Origin: an uncultured Bacilli bacterium
GTDB lineage: Bacteria; Bacillota_I; Bacilli_A; RF39; UBA660
Length of the DNA: 64,000 nt
NCBI GenBank assembly: GCA_947630105.1
Contig: CANRGD010000003.1
Span: 234 to 64,233, forward strand
Reading direction: 5' to 3'
Below, in pieces: positions 20,538 to 28,487 of this stretch (position 1 is the stretch's first letter; every line of letters begins with the position of its first letter). Position numbers and translations under genes: made by a program. The notes beneath the pieces are model-generated. The model was not told where the DNA came from. It searched no databases and was given only the letters and a program-made list of their open reading frames with translations.

Positions 20538-20828
20538 ATTATATCTAAATTATAATAATTTTTCAAGAATATTGCTTTCCCTTTATAGATATAAATTTAT
20601 TATTACAATTATTTGACAGTTTTTATATATTTTAATGTAAATAATTGTAAAATAAAGCTTATAAAAGATAAAAATGTCGAAAAAACGCCTTCAAACTAGA
20701 AATTATTGTTATAATTAATATAAAGATATAATGAGGGAGGCTTTTATATGGAAAAAAGAAAATTTATTCTTAAATTTATTTTTGCTTTTTCACTAGTTTT
20801 AAATATAAACAATGTAAAAGCTTACTCC
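20538..20828 (+). repeat. Right copy of the 291-bp direct duplication (functional promoter and 5' end of the 20748 CDS)
   Basis: Identical by eye to 18286-18576. Confidence 0.9.
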
Positions 20829-23800
20829 GCAAGTAATTATGAAAATCGAACTTTATGTGGTAATTTTGAAGTAGCTAGTTTTAAAAGTAATGGAACAATT
20901 ACAGCTGTAAATTGTCAAAGTACTTATGAACAAGCTAGAACTTGGATGAAAAATAATGGGGCCGATGATTTAGCTATAATGACTAAAGTTGCAGGTAAAA
21001 CAAAAATAATTGATGCCAATGTAGCTTTACTTGATTTAAGCGTAAATCCCGAAACTTTAACATATTTTTATACAAATAGTGAATTAACATCTTCTGCCTA
21101 TACATACATGGATACAGGATCATTGTATGGTGGAGTAGATGGAGCTCATATTGATACAGCCTATTCCTCAGCAAATAATGTTTGGACAGCTAAAGTAAAA
21201 ACAGGAAATTTCACAGGTTGGATAAGACAAAGCACCTATGAAATTGTTCCTATAACTTGGGTTAAATCATCAAGTTCTTACACAGTAACAAATGATTCTA
21301 TTAGACATAATTATGTTGCTAAAATTCAAAATACATATAGTGGTAGTGCTGGAAGTACCATCGGGCCAAAACCTTCTATGTTAAATGCTGGTACTTATTA
21401 TAGTTATGATGGTCATTATTTTTATAAGAACCTAACAACTTTAATTAAAGATTATAAAGCTGGTAATTATAATAACGCAGTTAATAAAAATGAAGCTTAT
21501 TATAATTATTATATGTATTTATCTAATCATACTAAAACTAACTATTCTAGTATTAACATTGATGAATATATAAGAAATAATTTAGGAATTTACCAAGATG
21601 CGTATGGAAATGACAGTTCCAATGGTAGTTCAAGATTATATGGTAAAGGAACCTTTTTCTATTATGCTCAAGAAAAATATGGCGTTAATGCTATTTTAGC
21701 TTTAAGCCTAAGTCGTAATGAAACAAGTAATGGACGTAGTAACTTAGCTATAAATAAAAACAATGGTTTTGGTTTAAATGCTGTAGACTCTAATCCAACT
21801 CAAGCAGCAAATTGGTATGCCTCTTTTGCTAGTAGTATTTTAGGTTATGCTTCTAAATGGATAACATATGGATATGCTCACCCTAGAGATTGGCGTTATT
21901 TTGGTCCTCAATTTGGCGACAAATGGATTGGAATGAATGTAAAATATGCCTCAGACACCTATTGGAGTGAAAAAATGGCTGCCAATTATTATTCTTTAGA
22001 TAAAGCCTTTGGCCTACAAGATTATAATAATTATCAGTTAGGAGTAGTAACAAAACAAACAAAAGCCTATCAAAATGCATCAACTTCTTCTAAATTTATA
22101 TACACTTATCCTGAAGCAGAAGATGCCGTTGTTATAGTTGGAGAAACTACAGGTACAACTATAGATGGTAATAATAAATGGTATAAAGTTGTAAGTGATT
22201 TAAATGTAGATGTCAATTATAATGAAGTTACAACTGGAAATTATAACTGGGGAAGATATGTTTATATTCCAGCAACTCATGTTAAAAAGATAAATACTGC
22301 TAAAAATGGTTATAAACTTCCAACCGATATAACAGAATATGAAAATAAAAATTATGAATATGATTTATTGATTGAAAATACAGAATTAAAACCTAAAGTA
22401 GGTTTAACTAACACAAATACAGCCTATTATTATGATTCTTCTTTACAATCAAAAACAGGCAAAACACTATTGAAAAATAAATATGTAATGATATATACAA
22501 TTGCTTATAAAAATAATATACCAGTAGCTTATCTTGTAACATCAGATTATAAATATGATCAAAAAGAATGGGTTAAAGCAAGTGATGTAAAATTAGTTAG
22601 TTCAAGTTATGGTAAAGTTAGTGTAACTGTATCTGGAAATCAATATACATGGGTAAATTCTACAACACAAGATACTGCTGCAACTTTAATTAGTGGTCTA
22701 TACACTAATTCATATGTACCTGTTTTAGACCAAAAAACAGTAAATGGCTATTTATGGTACAAAGTTCCCGTAAATTTAACAGGAACAGCTAATGAATTTG
22801 GTTGGACTCTAGCAACAGCTCCAGGAGTTGCCATAACTTTAAATAAGTCAGTAGCTATAAATGCCAAACCAGTAATAGATGCTTCTGATAAATATATAGT
22901 TCAAGGTACAATTTATGATCCTCTAAAAAATGTAAGCGCTACTGATGCTGAAGATGGAAATATTACTAATAAACTACAAGTAACAGAAAACACTGTAAAT
23001 AAAGATAAAGTAGGTACTTATAAAGTTACCTATAAAGTAACAGATAATAATAATCAAACAACTACTAAAACTATTAAAGTTATAGTAACTGAAAATAAAA
23101 AACCCGTAATAAATGCCTCTGATACTGAAATAACAATTAATCATGAAGTTAAAATAAATGTAACTGCCACTGATGCTGAAGATGGAGATATAACTTCCAA
23201 AATAAAAATTAAAGAAAATACAGTTAATAATAAAGTATTAGGTACTTATAAAATAGTTTATACAGTAACAGATAGTTATAACCAAACAACAACCAAAGAA
23301 ATAAAAGTAACTATAACCAAAGATAAAGTTCCTGTAATTACTGCTTCTGATAAAGAAATAGTAATTAATAGTACTTTCAATCCACTTACAAATGTAAGTG
23401 CAAGTGATAAAGAAGACGGTGACTTAACTAAAAATATAAAAGTAGTTGAAAATAATGTAAATACAAAAGAATTAGGTACTTATAAAGTAGTATATGAAGT
23501 TACAGATTCTATGAATCAAACGACAACCAAAGAAATAAAAGTAAAAGTAGTAGAAAAGATTTATGAAGAAAAAGAAGGTTTATTCTATTTCAATTATTTA
23601 AAAGAATCTAATGGACAATTAAATTTACAAGGATATCAAACAATAACAGGAATTGATAATAGTCTAAATACTAAAATTGATTATGAAATAATTTTTGAAA
23701 ATATTGAAACACAAGAAGAAATAGTATTTAAAGCCAATAGAATTGAAAAAGATATTCCTAAAAATGTTTATAGTCCAGATGGTAAAAACTATAACTATTC

Positions 23801-24497
23801 TTGGTTTAATGCTTATATTAACATAGATGATTTACCATTAGGTAATTATAAAGCTTATGCTAAAGCTATAACTAAAGAAGATAAATATTATTCTAAATCT
23901 TTAATAACTAATAAAACATATAATAATCAAATAACAAAAATTAAAAGTAAATCTCATACCGCAACCATATCCAACAATTATGATACCTCAACATCATTTG
24001 TAGAATTTAGTATTAGAAATGATTTTACCTTAGAAAGAACAGGTTCTTATATATATAATCAATATGAAAAATATACTAAATTTGAATTTACAAATAATAA
24101 ATTATATTTACGAGGAAATAGTTATTCTTATGGAATGGATCTAAGTTTAAATAAAGATGTCAAAAGATACATAATTTTTGAAGATACTACAACTTATAAA
24201 GAATATACAAAAGAATTATCTAGTATCACAAATGGAAATTATCAAGTATTTTTACCAGTTTCAGATAATTTAAATAAGACTAGAGCTTGGTATGATAAAA
24301 CTATTGATATTTCTGATTTACCTAAAGGAAACTATTTAATTTATATTAAAACTGAATCCAATATTATAGATGTTTCAGAAATGAAAGAAAAATTAGGAAG
24401 AAGTCTAAGTAATGTAACCGCAACTATTAATTCTAAAAAATACAGCTTTCTAATTAATAAAAATAGAGGTAATAGAATAGAATTAACTATTTCTTAA
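20748..24497 (+). CDS. Large secreted cell-wall hydrolase: N-acetylglucosaminidase (GH73-like) domain, SH3-like region, three Ig-like (DUF5011-type) repeats and two C-terminal beta-rich modules
   Basis: Signal peptide (…NINNVKA/YS). Glucosaminidase-type motif NAILALSLSRNETSNGRSNLAINKNNGFGLNAVD...YASDTYWSEKM. Three ~78-aa repeats ending TYKVTYKVTD..NQTTTK.IKV. Confidence 0.75.
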   Translation: MEKRKFILKFIFAFSLVLNINNVKAYSASNYENRTLCGNFEVASFKSNGTITAVNCQSTYEQARTWMKNNGADDLAIMTKVAGKTKIIDANVALLDLSVNPETLTYFYTNSELTSSAYTYMDTGSLYGGVDGAHIDTAYSSANNVWTAKVKTGNFTGWIRQSTYEIVPITWVKSSSSYTVTNDSIRHNYVAKIQNTYSGSAGSTIGPKPSMLNAGTYYSYDGHYFYKNLTTLIKDYKAGNYNNAVNKNEAYYNYYMYLSNHTKTNYSSINIDEYIRNNLGIYQDAYGNDSSNGSSRLYGKGTFFYYAQEKYGVNAILALSLSRNETSNGRSNLAINKNNGFGLNAVDSNPTQAANWYASFASSILGYASKWITYGYAHPRDWRYFGPQFGDKWIGMNVKYASDTYWSEKMAANYYSLDKAFGLQDYNNYQLGVVTKQTKAYQNASTSSKFIYTYPEAEDAVVIVGETTGTTIDGNNKWYKVVSDLNVDVNYNEVTTGNYNWGRYVYIPATHVKKINTAKNGYKLPTDITEYENKNYEYDLLIENTELKPKVGLTNTNTAYYYDSSLQSKTGKTLLKNKYVMIYTIAYKNNIPVAYLVTSDYKYDQKEWVKASDVKLVSSSYGKVSVTVSGNQYTWVNSTTQDTAATLISGLYTNSYVPVLDQKTVNGYLWYKVPVNLTGTANEFGWTLATAPGVAITLNKSVAINAKPVIDASDKYIVQGTIYDPLKNVSATDAEDGNITNKLQVTENTVNKDKVGTYKVTYKVTDNNNQTTTKTIKVIVTENKKPVINASDTEITINHEVKINVTATDAEDGDITSKIKIKENTVNNKVLGTYKIVYTVTDSYNQTTTKEIKVTITKDKVPVITASDKEIVINSTFNPLTNVSASDKEDGDLTKNIKVVENNVNTKELGTYKVVYEVTDSMNQTTTKEIKVKVVEKIYEEKEGLFYFNYLKESNGQLNLQGYQTITGIDNSLNTKIDYEIIFENIETQEEIVFKANRIEKDIPKNVYSPDGKNYNYSWFNAYINIDDLPLGNYKAYAKAITKEDKYYSKSLITNKTYNNQITKIKSKSHTATISNNYDTSTSFVEFSIRNDFTLERTGSYIYNQYEKYTKFEFTNNKLYLRGNSYSYGMDLSLNKDVKRYIIFEDTTTYKEYTKELSSITNGNYQVFLPVSDNLNKTRAWYDKTIDISDLPKGNYLIYIKTESNIIDVSEMKEKLGRSLSNVTATINSKKYSFLINKNRGNRIELTIS
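22861..23558 (+). repeat. Three tandem ~234-240-bp coding repeats (Ig-like/DUF5011-type domains)
   Basis: KPVI(D/N)ASD...ATDAEDG(N/D)IT...NTVN...GTYK(V/I)(T/V)Y(K/T)VTD..NQTTTK.IKV repeated three times. Confidence 0.8.
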
Positions 24498-24502
24498 AAT
24501 GA

Positions 24503-24532
24503 AAACAACTATCTTTATAGACAGTTGTTTTT
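24503..24532 (+). terminator. Rho-independent terminator
   Basis: AAACAACTATC / GACAGTTGTTT stem (one mismatch) followed by a T-run. Confidence 0.65.
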
Positions 24533-24587
24533 ATAGTTAATAAAAAATTAAATTTACACAAAAATTGTCAATAGAAATATATGAAAA

Positions 24588-24617
24588 TTGATATGGGGGG
24601 GGGTCATATTATATACT
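24588..24617 (+). promoter_or_regulatory. Putative promoter TTGATA - 18 bp - TATACT with a G9 homopolymer (24595-24603) in the spacer
   Basis: Hexamers and G-run read directly. AAGGAGG RBS at 24639-24645 and ATG at 24656 lie downstream. Confidence 0.6.
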
Positions 24618-24655
24618 TATAAAGTAAATAATAAAAATAAGGAGGAAAAAATAAA

Positions 24656-25420
24656 ATGGAAAAAGATAGAAATACAAAAATTATTTCAATCGTTTCAATG
24701 TTTATAGCTGTTTTATGTTTATCAATAGGTTTTGCAGCTTTTTCAAGAACATTAAATATTCAATCAAGTGCTACAGTAAACATAAGTAAAGAAAACTTCT
24801 CAGTAAAATTATCACAAACACCAAATTCACTTGTAGGAGGCAATATGGCAGGCTATGTAGAAGTAAGCCCAGAAGAAACAGATGCTAGACCAAGTTATGA
24901 TTATGAGCCTGTTGTTGCAGATAATGAGTCTGAAAGTCCTACTTTAAAAGGAATTAATGCAACATTTACAAAGCCTGGTCAATCAGTAACATATAAAGGT
25001 ATCTACATTGTAAATGATGGACAATTTGATGCAATATTAAATGGTTTAAGTATTGCTAATGTTGATGGTCAAAACAGTGCAGTTGTTTGTGAAGCTAAAG
25101 AGGGTACAAACGCTGATTATGTAAAAGAAGCTTGCAAAGGAATTAAAATGCAGATTACAATATCTTCAAATGATACTTTTAGCCCAACACCATACATAAT
25201 AGCATGGGCAACAACTGAAGAATCATACCCTGGAAATTATACTCCTGGTGCAGCAATGAATATAAAAGCTAATTTTGGTGGAAATGATAGTAGTGATGGA
25301 GAACCTCATGTTCTTGAAGTTAAATTGTCATATGAAGATGGAAGTACTGTAGCAGATGGACCTTTTGATGTAAAATTTGGAAATGTAAGTATTAATTATG
25401 GTACACAAATTGATAGTTAA
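24656..25420 (+). CDS. Uncharacterised signal-anchored surface/secreted protein, paralogue A (weak TasA/camelysin-like features)
   Basis: Strong RBS. N-terminal hydrophobic helix followed by the AAFSRTLNIQSSATV motif. Beta-rich body with TKPGQSVTYKGIYIVNDGQFDAIL. Cys pair VVCEAKEG...EACKG. Confidence 0.6.
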   Translation: MEKDRNTKIISIVSMFIAVLCLSIGFAAFSRTLNIQSSATVNISKENFSVKLSQTPNSLVGGNMAGYVEVSPEETDARPSYDYEPVVADNESESPTLKGINATFTKPGQSVTYKGIYIVNDGQFDAILNGLSIANVDGQNSAVVCEAKEGTNADYVKEACKGIKMQITISSNDTFSPTPYIIAWATTEESYPGNYTPGAAMNIKANFGGNDSSDGEPHVLEVKLSYEDGSTVADGPFDVKFGNVSINYGTQIDS

Positions 25421-25448
25421 AATATTCAAAAACAAATTAAATATTATT

Positions 25449-25479
25449 AAATAGTCAATTAAAAAATTGACTATTTTTT
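25449..25479 (+). terminator. Rho-independent terminator
   Basis: Perfect 12-bp stem AAATAGTCAATT / AATTGACTATTT followed by a T-run. Confidence 0.75.
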
Positions 25480-25523
25480 ATATAAAAATATTAATAATTA
25501 GTAGAAAAATAAAAATGTTAATA

Positions 25524-25555
25524 TTGACACTGGGGGGGGGTAGTTATAGTATAAT
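25524..25555 (+). promoter_or_regulatory. Putative promoter TTGACA - 20 bp - TATAAT with a G9 homopolymer (25532-25540) in the spacer
   Basis: Consensus hexamers read directly. GGGAGG RBS at 25596-25601 and ATG at 25609 lie downstream. Confidence 0.6.
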
Positions 25556-25608
25556 AATCTCATAAGAAGAATACCAAGTTGTGTATTATTTTTATGGGAG
25601 GTACTATA

Positions 25609-26388
25609 ATGGAAAGAAATAGAAAAACAAGAATAGTTGCAATTACTTCAATGTTAATAGCTGTTGTCTTTTTAACAGTTGCCTATGCGCTATTTTCAAA
25701 TAATTTAAATATTCAAAATATGTCTGCTACAGTAAAGGCAAATGAAGCAAACTTCAGTGTCAAATTTTCTAACTCATCAACTAAAGTAGATGAAAGTGAT
25801 GTAATACCACATTTTACTCATGGTGCAACTGGAACTCTATTAGATGCTCATATAGATAATAGTGGGCTCAATCCTAAACTTACTAATATAGGAGCAAACT
25901 TTGATTCTCTTGAAGGATTTGATGGTTATACTGACTATAAACAAGGTTGGGCAGGTTATGATTTATATGTTATAAATGATGGAGAATATGATGCTTATTT
26001 AAAAAGTATAAAAATAGAAAATGTTCCAGGTTATAATAAGCCATTAGTTTGCATACCAACTGAAGGAACCTCACAAACATTAGTAGATGAAGCTTGTAAA
26101 TCATTTAGAGTTTTAGTTGGCACTAATAGTAAATATATTGATGTTACATCAGAGGGGATAAAACATGGAGATAGTAATTACATTAATCAACCAGGAAATT
26201 ATACAGGAATAACTGGCATAAAATTAGCAAAACCAGATACTAGTAGAACTTATCCTTATTCTAATCATTATGTTTCTATAAGTATAGGTGCCCTAAGTGA
26301 AAATACTGGTGCAGCAGCTTCCGCAATTGATGGGTCATATGAAGTTAAAATTGGTGATGTAACCGTTGAATATAGTACTCAAGATTAA
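25609..26388 (+). CDS. Uncharacterised signal-anchored surface/secreted protein, paralogue B
   Basis: Start set at ATG 25609 (MERNRKTRIVAITSM...), which has a GGGAGG RBS. Shares the N-terminal (A.FS..LNIQ..SATV...ANFSVK.S), central (Y.(V/I)NDG..DA.L...VC...EGT...V.EACK) and C-terminal (VK.G.V...Y.TQ) motifs with paralogue A. Confidence 0.6.
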   Translation: MERNRKTRIVAITSMLIAVVFLTVAYALFSNNLNIQNMSATVKANEANFSVKFSNSSTKVDESDVIPHFTHGATGTLLDAHIDNSGLNPKLTNIGANFDSLEGFDGYTDYKQGWAGYDLYVINDGEYDAYLKSIKIENVPGYNKPLVCIPTEGTSQTLVDEACKSFRVLVGTNSKYIDVTSEGIKHGDSNYINQPGNYTGITGIKLAKPDTSRTYPYSNHYVSISIGALSENTGAAASAIDGSYEVKIGDVTVEYSTQD

Positions 26389-26408
26389 ATTTAAATAAAA
26401 TTAATTAT

Positions 26409-26441
26409 AAAAAAAATAGCTTTTATAGAGCTATTTTTTTT
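26409..26441. terminator. Bidirectional terminator between convergent genes
   Basis: AAAAATAGCT / AGCTATTTTT stem with A/T-run flanks. Confidence 0.6.
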
Positions 26442-26442
26442 A

Positions 26443-28347
26443 CTATTTTACAACCTTAATTGTTATGGTATCACAGAAGTTTCTAATTGACCCTTCAAGA
26501 CCTAACGTACATACTGTTCCTGGAGAAGAATCTCCATTATCACAAGCTTCCACAAACACAAAATTAAATTTATGGTTTGGATTCATTTGTTGAATTATTG
26601 CTTTAGTTTGAGCTCCACTAGATCCTGCTTGAATATTTAATTCTCCTGTCTTACTTTTGTCACAAGTAGAAGTAGAAGAACTACTAGAATTATTTGAATT
26701 ATTATTTTTATTTTCAACTTCTTTTGCTTTACCACTACTAACTGTAATAGTGATTGTTGTATTTTTAGAAATTTCACTACCTGCACTCATAGATTGAGAA
26801 ATAACTTTTCCTTCAGCAACACTATTACTATTTTTATAAACAAAATTATAATTTAAGCCTAATTTTTTAAGTTTACTAGCAGCATCATTTTTACTTAGTC
26901 CAACTAAATTAGGAACTTTTATTGCTACACCATCAGAAATTATAACCATAATAACATCATCATTTTTTATAATTTCTCCTTTTTTATATGAATAACTAAT
27001 TACTTCTCCACTAGGAATATCTTCATTAAATTCATGTTTTTCTTCATACTTAACATCATATTTATCAGCCCATTCTCTAAATTCATCATAAGATTTAACA
27101 TTAGGCATTTTTAAACTACCTTTAGAAATAACAACTTTTATTGTAGTACCTTGCTCAATAATATCACCTTTTTTATGACTAGCACTAATAATATTATTTT
27201 CTTTAACTTTAGCATCATATTTGTCACTAAATTCTAATTTTAAACGATTTTTAATAACCCAATCAGTTATCTCTGTTAAATCCATTTTTGTTAACTCAGG
27301 AACTTTTATTTCCGCACCCTTACTAAACGTAACAATAACTTTCTCATCTTCATTTTCAACTTTTACCATTTTTCCAGCTTTTATACTTTGCTTCATTACT
27401 AAGTCACGTTTTATATCATCAGAATAATCTCTATCAAATTGATATAAAATATGGTGTTGTTTTAAATATAATTCCACTTCAAATTTTGTTTTATTAGTAA
27501 AATCAATTAATTTAACTTCACTAAATCCTAATTCTTCTCCATAGGAAAAAGTTAATTTTAATTTTTCATCTCTTTCTAAATTACCACTTTTACTTTGCTC
27601 AATAACTGTATCTTGTGCTTTATCTGATTCAACAAATTCAACTTCTACATTAGTTAAATAATTTTTTAATACAAAATCTGTTACTTTATCAACATTCCAC
27701 GAAATCATATTTGGAACAACTACTTCTTTATTAGGATTAGGCCCTTCACTAACTGCAACAGTTAGTTCTTTAACATCCTCCAGTTTTGTACCTGCTTTAA
27801 TATCTTGACTTATAATTTCATACTCAGAAACCATATCACTATATTCATATTCTTGTTTAATTTCTACATTATTTTTGGCTGCCCATTTCATAACTTCAGT
27901 TAAACTTTTATTAGAAAAGTCTTTTACTGTAGTATTATCACTAATATTTATAAAATTAAGATTAGTAACAATACCATATCCAAAATAAGCTAATAAAAGA
28001 AAGGAACTAAATAATATCATACTTTTATTTTTTCTATTAGTTGTAAAAGCTACTGCTACATATACAACTGTAAATAATAATATTAATAATGAATTAATTA
28101 AAGTATCTATATTAGAATTATTTTTATTAAAAAACAAATTAACAATAAAATATATAATTGCCAATATTAAAACTACAAATAAGAAAAAATGTACCACTAT
28201 ATGTTTATTTTCTTTATTTTTTTTCTCCTCAATTTCACTACGTTTTTTAGTAGTTTTTATATCTTCTTTAATTTCATTTTTAGACTTCTCATTAGTCATT
28301 ATATCTTTTTTATCTTTATTTTTCTTATTAGTATTTTTATTATCCAT
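26443..28347 (-). CDS. Kinase-less membrane protein with six PASTA-like repeats and a Cys-containing C-terminal domain
   Basis: Lys-rich cytoplasmic N-terminus and 3-4 TM helices. Six ~65-aa repeats, the last canonical (VPNLVGLSKNDAASKLKKLGLNYNFVYKNSNSVAEGKVISQSMSAGSEISKNTTITITVSSG). No kinase or transpeptidase motifs. Confidence 0.7.
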   Translation of the reverse strand: MDNKNTNKKNKDKKDIMTNEKSKNEIKEDIKTTKKRSEIEEKKNKENKHIVVHFFLFVVLILAIIYFIVNLFFNKNNSNIDTLINSLLILLFTVVYVAVAFTTNRKNKSMILFSSFLLLAYFGYGIVTNLNFINISDNTTVKDFSNKSLTEVMKWAAKNNVEIKQEYEYSDMVSEYEIISQDIKAGTKLEDVKELTVAVSEGPNPNKEVVVPNMISWNVDKVTDFVLKNYLTNVEVEFVESDKAQDTVIEQSKSGNLERDEKLKLTFSYGEELGFSEVKLIDFTNKTKFEVELYLKQHHILYQFDRDYSDDIKRDLVMKQSIKAGKMVKVENEDEKVIVTFSKGAEIKVPELTKMDLTEITDWVIKNRLKLEFSDKYDAKVKENNIISASHKKGDIIEQGTTIKVVISKGSLKMPNVKSYDEFREWADKYDVKYEEKHEFNEDIPSGEVISYSYKKGEIIKNDDVIMVIISDGVAIKVPNLVGLSKNDAASKLKKLGLNYNFVYKNSNSVAEGKVISQSMSAGSEISKNTTITITVSSGKAKEVENKNNNSNNSSSSSTSTCDKSKTGELNIQAGSSGAQTKAIIQQMNPNHKFNFVFVEACDNGDSSPGTVCTLGLEGSIRNFCDTITIKVVK

Positions 28348-28487
28348 AAAACACCTCCATTATTATAATAATTATATAATAATTATAAAAAAAGATAAAT
28401 ATTTGTACTGTCTAAACTTGTAAAAAGCTGTCTATTATATAAATTTATGATATAATTAATTAATAAAACACTCTTTTAATAGATAGG

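Noticed and set aside
28350-28487. AT-rich quasi-palindromes (…TTATTATAATAATTATATAATAATTATAA…) and a repeated CTGTCTA motif in the divergent promoter region of the glycopolymer cluster, considered as an invertible-promoter switch.
   Set aside because: There are no flanking inverted repeats of useful length and no recombinase nearby. The palindromes are low-complexity TA-rich sequence that probably just contains the -10 elements.
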